Shown: positions 39,608 through 51,311 of the stretch, one piece after another | How positions within the stretch are numbered: position 1 is the first letter of the stretch | Layout: each line of letters opens with the position of its first letter | Assembly (NCBI RefSeq): GCF_006345805.1 | Contig: NC_043023.1 | Location: forward strand, 6,076,001-6,140,000 | Length of the DNA: 64,000 nucleotides | Source of the DNA: Octopus sinensis | Lineage: Eukaryota | Direction of reading: 5' to 3' | Program-made: the position numbers and the translations under genes | The notes under the pieces: model-generated | Seen by the model: the letters and a program-made list of their open reading frames with translations, nothing else | Database searches by the model: none | Told to the model about the DNA's origin: nothing

Positions 39608-41159
39608 GTAAGTTTGTTTTTTGTGTGTACCACTGCCTCCTTCCCCAGGAATTATCTGTTATCTTTTATCTTTTATTCATTTCAGTCATTTGACTGTGGC
39701 CATGCTGGAGCACCACCCACCAGAATTTTTAGACGAATGTATCAACTTCAGTATTTATTTTCTTTTTAAACCTGCCACTTATTCTTATTTTTTATTGCCC
39801 ACAAGGGGCTAAACATAGAGGGCACAAACAAGGGCAGACAAAGGGATTAAGTTGATTACATCAATCCCCAGTGCATAACTGGTACTTAATTTATCGACCC
39901 CGAAAGGATGAAAGGCAAAGTTGACCTCGGCGGAATTTGAACTCAGAACGTCAAGACAGACGAAATACCGCTAAGCATTTCGCCCGGCATGCTACCATTT
40001 CTGCCAGCTTGCCGCCCTTAAAGCTGGCACTTATTCTATTGATCTCTTTTTGCTGAACCATTAAGTTATGGGGACATAAACACACCAACACCATTCATCA
40101 AGCATCAGTGGAGGGGACAAACACAGACACATAGTCACACACACATGGATATATAGTTTCTTATTTATTTATTGCCCACAAGGGGGCTAAACATAGAGGG
40201 GACAAACAAGGGCAGACAAAGGGATTAAGTTGATTACATCGACCCTAGTGCGTAACTGGTACTTATTTAATCGACCCCGAAAGAATAAAAGGCAAAGTTG
40301 ACCTCGGTGGAATTTGAACTCAGAACGTAGCGGCAGACAAAATACCACTAAGCATTTCACCCGGCGTGCTAACGTTTCTGCCAGCTCACTGCCTTATAGA
40401 TATATAGTTTCTGCCTACCAAATCTGCTCAAAAGGCTTTGTTGAGACCGAGGCACTTGCCCAAGGTGCCACGCAGTTGTGGTGCATGCTATAATTTGGTT
40501 TATACTTCTACAATACAAAAATTATTTTAACTATTATTTTTATGCAATTCCTAATAATACGTGGCCGTAGCCAGCACCGCATCGACTGGCCTCCGTGCTG
40601 GTGGCACGTAACAAACACCAACCGATCGTGGCCGTGCCAGCCTCGCCTGGCATTCGTGCCGGTGGCACGTAAAAAGCACCATCCGTCTGTGGCTGTTCGC
40701 CAGCCTCGTCTGGCACCTGTGTCGGTGGCACATAAAAAGCACCCACAACACTCACGGAGTGGTTGGCGTTAGGAAGGGCATCCAGCTGTAGAAACACCGC
40801 CAGATCTGACTGGCCTGGTGCAGCCTTCTGGCTTCCCAGACCCCAGTTGAACCGTCCAACCCATGCCAGCATGGAAAGTGGATGCTAAACGATGATGATG
40901 ATGATGATGATTCGACATAGTTTCCAAGGAAAGACAGCATGATAAAGAATGTGACAATGCTGGCCCCTTTGAATTACAGGCACACTTCATTTTTGTTAAC
41001 AGTATGGACTGAAGGAAGGTGAGATGAAGTGTCTTGCTCAAGGTCACAAAGACAGCTGGGAATTGAACTCACGACCTTACATTCGTGACTCAAATACCTT
41101 AGCCAGTAAGCCATGCACCTACACAGGAGACACTAAAATAGACCCATTCACACTATATA

Positions 41160-41179
41160 GGTGTGTGTGTGTAAGAGAG

Positions 41180-41215
<36 letters not shown>

Positions 41216-41403
41216 TGTCTGTGTGTGTGTGTATGTGTGTGTGTGTCTGTGTGTGTATGTGTGTGTGTGTATGTGTGTGTCTGTGTGTGTATGTGTGTGT
41301 GTATGTGTCTGTGTGTGTGTGTGTGTCTGTGTGTGTGTGCGTGTGTGTGTGCATGTGTGTGTGTGTGCATGTGTGTGTGTGCGTGTGTGTGCATGTTTGT
41401 GTG

Positions 41404-41475
<72 letters not shown>
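41160..41475. repeat. (TG)n compound microsatellite
   Basis: About 315 nt of TG repeats with interruptions. Confidence 0.95.
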
Positions 41476-42048
41476 CATAGTGTTTATGTCCTTTATTCCA
41501 AATTTTCCAATTGGTCATTATATTAATTATAATTTTCTGCATTATGGTAGAAGACTAAAACTGTGTGGTAAGTAGCTTGCTTACCAACCAGATGGTTCCG
41601 GGTTCAGTCCCACTGCGTGGCATCTTGGGGTGTCTTCTACTATAGCCTCGGGCCGACCAAAGCCTTGTGAGTGGATTTGGCAGGCAGAAACTGAAAGAAG
41701 CCGGTTGTATATATGTAGATATATATATGCGTGTGTGTGTTTGTGTGTCTGTGTTTGTCCCCCTAGCATTGCTTGACAACCGATGCTGGTGTGTTTACGT
41801 CCCCGTCACTTAGCAGTTTGGCAAAAGAGACCAATAGAATTTACAAAGAATAAGTCCCGGGGTAGATTTGCTCGACTAAAGGCGGTGCTCCAGCATGGCC
41901 ATAGTCAAATGACTGAAACAAGTAAAAGAGTAAAAGAGTAAAGACTTGTCACAGTTGAAAGAGTTTTCCCTTTAGTTTTCTTTCTAATTTAGCACAATAA
42001 TCAATTAAATTATTACACTAATTACAATTTTTCATTGATGTATTTCAG

Positions 42049-42194
42049 GTCCTTAGAGATGGTGAAACAGGTGTCCAAGAAGAAGACCCCATCCTAATAT
42101 TAAGGCCCTTATGCTGAAGATCTGCTGTAACGACAGTGATGGGGTCAGTGTTGAGGTGCCTCATGTGAAGTACCTCTTGCCTGCACACCATTGA
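42049..42194 (+). pseudogene. Inverted, frameshifted genomic copy of the UBA1 last exon; candidate terminal exon of the Ig gene
   Basis: Hand alignment to the reverse complement of 54090-54234 gives 17 substitutions plus a 1-nt insertion in 146 nt (about 88% identity). Homology extends about 30 nt into the upstream intron (ttcag acceptor intact) and into the 3' UTR to about 42324. Read in phase 1 from exon L it gives G|GT CCT TAG. Confidence 0.9.
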
Positions 42195-42919
42195 ACACAC
42201 TCTCTTCCTCACCCACCTCTCTCTCTCTCTTACATACACACACACATTTACACTTACATATACTTATATGCATTACATATATACACTATACCTGTTTGGA
42301 AGCCACTCCTGCTGCAATTACAACCATTGTTGCCATTGTCATGTATTATCCACAATTGCAGGGCATTGATGAGACTACAACAAAAGTCTTCTTCACATTG
42401 GATGAAGCCATAACGTGACCTCCTTCTTTCTCAACATGTCTTCTTGGCAGAGACCTCATAGAGGTTCGTTATGGCATTCTCCAGTTACAATCCTCATTAT
42501 TTGTTATATTTGTCAAATCAAACAGGATTTAAAATCCAGTTTGCTCTTCATCCTCTTGGGAGCAATCTTATTGACTAACCCTCTTTCAAAAATTTCTGGT
42601 TTTGTGCTAATATGAGAAAAAAAGATAAACTCCAGATCCCTATTTCTGTCAAAATACTCTGCATTTGTTTCATTTAATTTGGAAAGCAATGAAGAATTTA
42701 GAAAAAATACCTGCCATTATTAAGCAGGTATTTGGAACATAAATTAACCTGAAATTTTAATTTAGATAACTTTAACCGTTTTTGTTGAAAAATTCTGCTT
42801 TTGTTTCATTTAATTTTGAAAATAATAAAGAATTTAGTGAAATAAAGACACTGCATTGGTTTCAATTAATTATGAAAATAATGAAGTATTTATGAAAATA
42901 ACTTTCTCACGGCCTATGC

Positions 42920-43490
42920 CAGGGGTGTAACCAGTCCACTTATGCATACCTTTCCTTCATTTGGACACTAAACTCTGCTTGCGAAGACCTGTTGAGGCAA
43001 GTGAAACCGAAATCGAAATCAAATTTGATGACTGGCACCCGTGCTAGTGGAGCGCTAAGAGTATTATACGAGTGAGATTGTTGCCAGAGCAGCTAACTGG
43101 CTTCTGTGCCGGTGGCACGTAAAAAGCACCATTCAAGCATGATCGTTACCTGCGTCACCTTACTGGCACTTGTGCTTGTAGCATGTGAAAATACATTCGA
43201 GTGAGGTTGTTGCCAGTGTTGGTGGACTGGCCCCGGTGCCAGTGGCACGTAAAAAGCACCGTTGCCAGTACTGCCTGATCGGCCCTTGTGCTGGTGGCAC
43301 ATAAAAGCACCCACTACACTCTCGGAGTAGTTGGCGTTAGGGAGGGCATCCAGCTGTAGAAACTCTGCCAGATCAAGATTAGAGCCTGGTGCAGCCATCT
43401 GATTTGCCAGTCCTCAGTCAAATCGTCCAACCCATGCCAGTATGGAAAGCGGACGTTTAATGACGATGATGATGATGATGATGATGGTGA
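42920..43490 (+). mobile_element. Abundant GAT-tailed retroposon-like repeat (representative copy)
   Basis: Internal ~50-nt gtggcac.taaaaagcacc repeats and a (GAT)n tail. Other copies at about 1545-2490, 14670-15150, 25300-25730, 35065-35500, 40555-40910 and 55260-55645. Confidence 0.7.
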
Positions 43491-45013
43491 ATATTGAGCT
43501 GGTGTTTGGAAGATAAATTAATATGAAAGTTTGATTGAATGTTTTTAGTTCACTTTAATCTTTTGTTTCCATATTTCTGTTGAAATTCACAGAGTTTATT
43601 TCAATTAATTTAGGAAAATATTAAAGAATTTTGAAAATAACTTTATCATTATACTGGTGCTTGGAACAAACTCATTCTTACTCTCTTTTACTTGTTTCAT
43701 TTGACTGTGGCCATGCTGGAGCACCACCATTAGTCAAGTAAATCGACCCCAGGATTTATTCTTTGTAAGCCTAGTACTTATTATATCAGTCTCTTTTGCC
43801 GAATTGCTAAGTTATGGGGATGTGAACACACCAGCGTCGGTTGTCAAGTGATGTTGTGGGGGGTACAAAGACAGACACACAAACACACACATATATATAC
43901 ATATACATATATACTTTGAAGGCACATGGCCCAGTGGTTAGAGCGTCAAGCTTACGATCTTCAGGTTGTGAGTTCGATTCCCAGACCGGGCTGCATGTTG
44001 TATTCTTGAGCAAGACACTTTATTTCACATCACTCCAGTTAACTCAGCTATAGAAATATGTTGTGACGTCACAGGTGCCAAGCTGTATCGGCCCCTTTGC
44101 CATTGTCTCAGATAACACTGGTGGCGTGGAGAGGGGAGGCTGGTATGCATGGGCGACTGCTGGCCTTCCTCAAACAACCGTGCCTGAGAGGGTAACTTTG
44201 TAGGTGCAATCCCATGGTCAGTCATGACTGAAGGGGGTCTCAATACATATATACAACAGGCTTCTTTCAGTTTCTGTCAACCCAGTCCACCCACAGGGCT
44301 TTGGTCAGCCTGAGGCTATAGTAGAAGACACTTGCCCAAGGTGCCATGCAGTGGGACTGAACCCAGAACCATGTGGTTGGTAAGCAAGCTGCTTACACAA
44401 ACATATACACACACACATATATATATACGACAGGCTTCTTTCAGTTTCCTTCTACCAAATCCACTCACAAGGCTTTGGTCGTCCTGAGGCTATAGTAGAA
44501 GACACTTGCCCAAGGTGCCACGCAGTGGGACTGAACCCAGAACCATGTGGTTGGTAAGCAAGCTGCTTACACAAACATATACACACACACATATATATAT
44601 ATACGACAGGCTTCTTTCAGTTTCCTTCTACCAAATCCACTCACAAGGCTTTGGTCGTCCTGAGGCTATAGTAGAAGACACTTGCCCAAGGTGCCACGCA
44701 GTGGGACTGAACCCGGAACCATGTGGTTGGTAAGCAATCTACTTACCACACAGCCACTCCTGCGCCTATGAAATTTTGACAGAAGGTTTTAATTTAGATC
44801 ACTTTAACCCTTTTGTTACCATATATCTGTTGAAATATGCTGCTTTTGTTTTAGTTAAGTTTTAAAATAATGAAAAATATAATAAAATAAATTGTCGTTG
44901 TTAAAATGATGACTCTGTACATAGCTTGCATTGCTCTCACCAACCATTCTTCAACTTCTTGTTTCCTTAGTGACCAAGTTAGAGATAATGGTACTGTGGT
45001 ACAGTATCAAAGG

Positions 45014-45579
45014 AGGCGCAATGGCCCAGTGGTTAGGGCAGCGGACGCGCGGTCGTAGGATCGCGATTTCGATTCCCAGACCGGGCGTTGTGAGTGTTTA
45101 TTGAGCGAAAACACCTAAAGCTCCACGAGGTTCTGACAGGGGGTGGTGGCGATCCTTGCTGTACTCTTTCTGAAGGCGGCGAGCTGGCAGAATCGTTAGC
45201 ATACCGGGCGAAATGCTTAGCGGTATTTCATCTGCAGCTACATTCTGTGTTCAAATTCCACCGAGGTCGACTTTGCCTTTCATCTTTTCGGGGTCAATTA
45301 AATAAGTACCAGTTACGCACTGGGGTCGATGTAATCGGCTTAATCCGTGTGTCTGTCTCCTCTGTGTTTAGCCCTTTGTGGGTAGTAAAGAAATAGGTAT
45401 TTCGCCTGCCTTTACATTCTGAGTTCAAATTCCGCCGAGGTCGACTTTGCCTTTTATCCTTTCGGGGTCGATTAAATGTGTACCAGTTACGCACTGGGGT
45501 CGATGTAATCGGCTTAATCCGTGTGTCTGTTCTTGTTTGTCTCCTCTGTGTTTAGCCCCTTGTGGGTAGTAAAGAAATG
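45014..45579 (+). mobile_element. Composite two-head tRNA-derived SINE with a 16-bp TSD
   Basis: GGTACAGTATCAAAGG at 44998-45013 and 45580-45595. First head is aggcgcaatggcccagtggttagg...ttcgattccc; second head at about 45174; duplicated 3' unit. Confidence 0.85.
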
Positions 45580-46435
45580 GGTACAGTATCAAAGGACACC
45601 AACAGAACAACAAATGAAGGGCAAAGGGGCTAACCCTTAGCCAATCATGCATGACGCATGATCTTCATCTTTTTTAACCCCTTAGCTTACAGATTAGTCA
45701 AATGTAATGCTTACTCTTTTTTTTTTTTTATTACTCTTTTACTTGTTTCAGTCGTTTGACTGCGGCCATGCTGGAGCACCACCTTTAGTCGAGCAAATCG
45801 ACCCCGGGACCTATTCTTTGTTAGCCTAGTACTTATTCTACTGGTCTCTTTTGCTGAACCGCTAAGTTATGGGGATATGAACACACCAGCATCGGTTGTC
45901 AAGCGATGTTGGGGTGACAAACACAGACACACAAGCATATACACACACATACATATATACACAGGTTTCTTTCAGTTTCCGTTTACCAAATCCACTCACA
46001 AGGCATTGGTCAGCCGAAGGCTATAGTAGAAGACACTCAAGTCAAAATGCCACGCAGTGGGACTGAACCCAAAACCATGTGGTTGGTAAGCAAGCTACTT
46101 ACCACACATCCACTCCTGCGCCTATATTTATTCCTAATTTTTATAGATAATTATACACAATCTTGTAGCTTTGTGACTTCAATGACATTGTAAGGTAGGT
46201 GTGATAGGCCAGATCTGGCCAGTTTCAATATGAAATAGGTAGAATATCTGGGTCACATCTGGCCAGTTTAAAACCGTTTAGCATTCAGAATATTCTGTCA
46301 AAAATAATGCTTATCTATTCACATTGTTTTGTATTAATCATGCATTATCTTATAGATTTGAGATTTCAATGATTACTCTTTTTTACTCTTTTACTTATTT
46401 CAGTCATTTGACTGTGGCCATGCTGGAGCACCGCA

Positions 46436-48120
46436 TACCAGGAAAATTTGATGGGTTAATCCAACCCTCAATATCACCATAAAAACTAATATAAGTAAAG
46501 AATTCTAAAGACTAGTTTCCAAACACTTCCACATATGCCATAGAATTTTTAATAGGAGAACGTTGAAGGTCAGTTATTCTTGTTGTAAGAACTTCACCTC
46601 TTTAACAAACCAACACAATGTTAGTTAACGGTGCCGAAATAAATAACGAACCTAAATGCAACTTCAGAGACCAAAGTTGCTGTCCCTTAGAAGGAAATTG
46701 TCTGGTGAAAGCAATTGTCTATAGGGCCAAAGTACAAATGGACTAACAGGTGCATATAAGACATACATAGGTGCTACAGAAAATTCCATCAAAATCAGGA
46801 TATATTCCCACAGAAATTCCTTAAAATATCCAAAGATATAACAAGTCTGGCCAAATATGTGTGGCAGTTAAAGGAAGGAGAATCTCCTTTCAAACTTTAC
46901 TGGTCCTTTCTAAAAAAAGCAGCCCTATACAGACACAGAACGAACAGAGGTTCAATGAGGTGTACTTTATGACTGAGTGAGAAATTCATCCTCTTTCAGA
47001 AAATTCAGAAAAATGCCTTAAACCAAAGATCAGAACTCTTGAATTGTTGTAAACACTCTTCCAAGTATAGGATGAGCAACTAAAAAATTCCATAAGATAG
47101 CAAAAATTGCTATTTGGATTTACTAAATTCGCTCAAATTAACCTACATCTATCGTATATCACCTCACTTAACCTTTATTTCACCAACAAACAGACCCCCT
47201 CCCACCAACACACACAAAACCTGTAACTATCTATAATTTAACTCTTCAATACTTTCAAATGCACCCCTCTGCCAACTACACTGAATTTTATATATGGCCT
47301 TTTGCCTACCAAATCTTTTTATGATAATTTTAAAAGTATGCTCAGTAAAGAAAATCCATCACTCATCATTTTGTTTCATTTTCTCTCCCAAATTGCATGT
47401 CATACATGTATTTGCTTGTATATATATTTCTTTACTACCCACAAGGGGCTAAACACAGAGGGGACAAACACGGACAGACAAACGGATTAAGTCGATTACA
47501 TCAACCCAGTGCATAACTGGTACTTTATTTATCGACCCCAAGAGGATGAAAGGCAAAGTCGACCTCGGCGGAATTTGAACTCAGAATGTAACAAGACGAA
47601 ACAAATTTGCTTGTATATATTCAACACGCCAGTCTCATACCAGTGCATATATAATCGTTGTGTATATGTATGTACAATGTATCTATTGTGTGTATATTTA
47701 CATGTGTGTGTGTGTCGCGAGCCACTACACGTTCTTTATTTTCTCTCCTTGTTTCTCTCTGTATTCCTTTCTGAAGAAGAGCGTAGGCTCGAAACGTTAA
47801 AGACTTTTTCACTTCCCAAGTGTTAAACTAATACATCTGTTTGTTGTCCACACCACCTGTCTTCGTGAATTCTCCCCCTATATATATATATATATACATA
47901 CAGAGTAAGCGCATAAATGTGAAACAAGGTGGAAGAAAATAGTATTCAAATACTGGATGTAGAGTAATAGGCTTTATTAATAAATCAGCAAAAACATCAC
48001 AAAAACTGTTACTCAGAGTTTCCCGTTCATTGGACAGTTTTGGTTGAGAAACTGTCTGACGAACGGGAAAGTGAAATTCTGAGTAACAATTTTGGCAATA
48101 TTTTTGCAGCTTTATTAATA
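46436..48120 (+). mobile_element. Penelope-like element remnant with 3' pseudo-LTR-like segment
   Basis: Broken frames give LKVSYSCC, CPLEGNCLVKAIVYRAKV, TYIGATE, SLAKYVWQLKE and LNQRSELLNCCKH (GIY-YIG region). A SINE fragment interrupts at about 47425-47600. Confidence 0.7.
47767..47802 (+). ncRNA. Minimal type-I hammerhead ribozyme motif
   Basis: cttt-CTGAAGA-a-gagc(gtag)gctc-GAA-ACGT-t-aaag: conserved core, 4-bp stem II, palindromic ACGT stem III and 4-bp stem I. Confidence 0.55.
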
Positions 48121-48240
48121 AAGTGTGTGTGTGTATGTAGTGTTTTTCCTCTACTGCCAATTTAATTACAAGATCCTTAACTACTGGGGTTTTTTTGCCT
48201 TTTTTTACTTACTCGTTTTGTTTGTTTTTACGACTGCACG

Positions 48241-48290
<50 letters not shown>

Positions 48291-48298
48291 CATACATA

Positions 48299-49465
48299 CA
48301 CAGGGATTGGACAAAATAATGGAAACACCTAGCATCATAATTTTGAAATATCTATAAAACTGTCAAAAGCTTGTTTCTTATTGTTTTTTTGACTTATTAT
48401 TAGTGTTGCTTGATATGTTTTGCTAAAATTGCTGTTTCTTTTCAGATATCATTAGAAAAAGGTAATTAAAATTCATTAAAATGACAGATCTATCAGACTT
48501 TCAAAGAGGTCAAATTATTGGTGTTCATATGGCTTAATAAAAACAGCTGAAATGTTTGGTGTATCAAGAAGTACTGTCTCAAAAGTAATGACAGCCTTTG
48601 AGAAAGAAGGGAAAACATCCTCGTCGAAACAAAACTCTGGAAGAAAACCAAAACTTTCAGATAAAATTGTTAGAAAGGATCACAAAACTACAGCTCCCAA
48701 AATTACTCCAGAGCTTAATGACCACCTCGAGAACCCAGTTTCTGCAAAAACTGTTCGCCGGGAAATTGCACAAAGCCAGATTTCACGTGAAGGCTGCAAT
48801 CAAAAAAACCTCTACTTTCAAAAACAAACGTTGCAAAGTGTTTAGAGTGGAGTAAAAACCCTACAGAATTGGTCCCTAGAGCAGTGAAAAAATGTTATTT
48901 TCTTGGATGAGTCATCCTTTACCTTGTTTCCAACAACCAGCCGAGTATATGTGTGGAGACAGCCAAAAAAGGCATTTGACCCAGACTGCCTTTTTCCAAC
49001 TGTTAAACATGGAGGAGGATCTGCAATGATCTGGAAGGCTATATCTTGGAAATCTGCCAGCCCATTGGTTTCCCTTCATGGTAGAATTAAGTCAAGACTA
49101 TTTAAGCATTTTATCTAATCGAATTCATCCTATGGTTGCGGAACTATTTCTGGAGGGAAACCCAATCTTTCAGGATGATAATGCACCAATTCACACAGCT
49201 AAAGTTGTTACTGAATGGCACGAGGAACATTCTAGTGAAGTTGAACATCTTATCTGGTCACCACAGTCCCCAGATCTCAATATTATTGAACATTTATGCT
49301 GCATTTTAGAAAAACAAGGAGTTGGTATCCTCTGCCATCATCACTACAAGAACTGGAAACTGTTTTAGCAGAAGAATGGACAAAAATTCCTTTGAAAACC
49401 ATTCATACTTTCACAGAATTCAAGCTGTAATTACTGCCAAAGGCGGTCCTACCCCATATCTGAAC
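48299..49465 (+). mobile_element. Degenerate Tc1-like transposon
   Basis: Left TIR cagggattggacaaaataatggaaacacc after a TA run. Broken transposase includes GVSRSTVSKV (HTH), DESSFTLF, FQDDNAPIH and WSPQSPDLNIIEHL; right TIR missing. Confidence 0.85.
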
Positions 49466-51271
49466 ATTTCAGGCCAGTGATAGCAAGTTCAACTCTTTAG
49501 CATTCAGATTATTGTCAAATGTAATTTTTATTTATTCACAATGTTTTGAATTAATCGTGCATGACCTTGTACTTTCGAGATTTCAATGATGTTTAAGAAT
49601 GACATTACTGGACTAGTCCGAGAGGCCAGATCCGGTCAGTTTGAACATAAAACAGGTAGAATATTTGGGACAGATATAGTCAGTTTGACCCCTTAGTATT
49701 CACACTATCAAATGTAATTTTTATTTATCCACAATGTTTTGAATTTATCATGCATTATCTTGTAGCTTTGAAATTTCAATGATCATCATTTAACACGTCC
49801 ATTGTCCATGCTGGCATGGGTTGGACGGTTTGACTGGGCTGCACCAGACTCCAGTCAGATTTGGCATGGTTTTCTGTGGTTGGATGCCCTTCCAAGCGCA
49901 ATGGGTGTCTTTATGTGCCATTATGTGCCATTATGTGCCATTTGTGTCACACCAGTATCTGCCACAACTGCAATTTCGCTCAGCTAGGGTCTTCTCAGGC
50001 ACAACATAGTGCCAGCAGTCTCGGTCATTGCCTCCATGGGGCCCAAGGTGATGATGAGACTATTTTTAGAATGACCATACACAGTAAGTGCTAGAAGCTG
50101 GATGTGGCCAGTTTGAACATGAAATGGGCTCAATATTTTGGCTAGACATACTCTTTTACTTGCTTCAGTCAGTTGACTGCGGCCATGCTGGAGCACCACC
50201 TTTAGTCGAGCAACTCGACCCCGGGACTTATTCTATCAGTCTCTTTTGCCGAACCGCTAAGTGACAGGGACATAAACACACCAGCATCGGTTGTCAAGCA
50301 ATGGGGACAAACAGACATGCCTACCTTCGAAACACGCTAGAGTTGAACTAGGGACAGCTGATGAAGGGGATTTTTCCTTGTGTAGTTTGTCTTGTACTCT
50401 GTTTTTCTGTTGTAAAAAAATGGTTTGTTCCATGCTTGTTTTTCCGTTTTCGTTTCCCGTTGAGTTCTGCGTCTATTTGTGGTGTCCTGTACTCACGTAT
50501 ATATATTTATATATGCATGTATATATACATGTAGATGTAGGTACGTACATATATGTATGTATGTATGCATATATTTTATTTATTACACTAAATAAATAAA
50601 TATATATACAAATACATATATACAACGGGCTTCTTTCAGTTTCCGTCTACCAAATCCACTCACAAGGCTTTGGCTGGCCCGAGGCTATAGTAGAAGACAC
50701 TTGCCCAAGGTGCCATGCAGTGGGACTGAACCTGGAACCATGTGGTTGGTAAGCAAGCTACTTACCACACAGCCACTCCTGCACCTATGGTCAGTTTCAA
50801 TGCTAAAGGGCTCAGATTTGACCCCCAATGAACCCCAGCACAAATGAAGTCAAGTCATATACATGTTTTAATCCATGTTTTATTTTCATATCATTATTGT
50901 TATTATTATTATTATTATTATGATAAAGTTGAAATATTTTTATTGGTTATATTTTTTTTTCTTTTCTTATTTTCTGTCAGTTTTCCTTGTTTTATAAAAC
51001 ATAAATTAAGGAGCTGCATGGATGACCCACTGACCAAGACGCACAGACAGAATTAGCAAGAGAGAGAGAGAATGAGGGATTTAAAAAAAATTAGGAGAAA
51101 AAATAACAATGAAATGGTTTCTAATTTAATAATTATAATTATCAAATAATAAATTTTATTATTTAAAAATCAGAAACCATCAACATAAATATATTAATAA
51201 TCTCTTAGAACAAGGCAGATAACCCCAAGAAACGGAGTTGTCTTCCCCTTGGCCAGTAAGCTTTGACACTT

Positions 51272-51311
<40 letters not shown>

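Noticed and set aside
41024-41575. Cys/Val- and His/Thr-rich ORFs
   Set aside because: Translation of (TG)n repeats.
42045-42245. Track ORFs [11 protein letters not shown]... at 42045-42245 (-) and 53979-54230 (+) as a novel small protein pair
   Set aside because: They are the antisense translations of the UBA1 last exon and its copy.
43921-43992. tRNA-like sequences (also 45014-45090, 8070-8150 and many SINE heads)
   Set aside because: A/B boxes are present but continue into SINE bodies without a complete cloverleaf; not tRNA genes.
44968-45640. Possible small exon (ccttag acceptor at 44970) interrupted by the TSD-flanked SINE
   Set aside because: The reconstructed pre-insertion sequence gives only short frames with no recognisable domain.
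50325-50395. GAAAC...CTGATGA hammerhead-like words (also on the - strand near 26190-26240 and at 25047)
   Set aside because: Could not build stems I and III with a valid cleavage triplet; at best degenerate.
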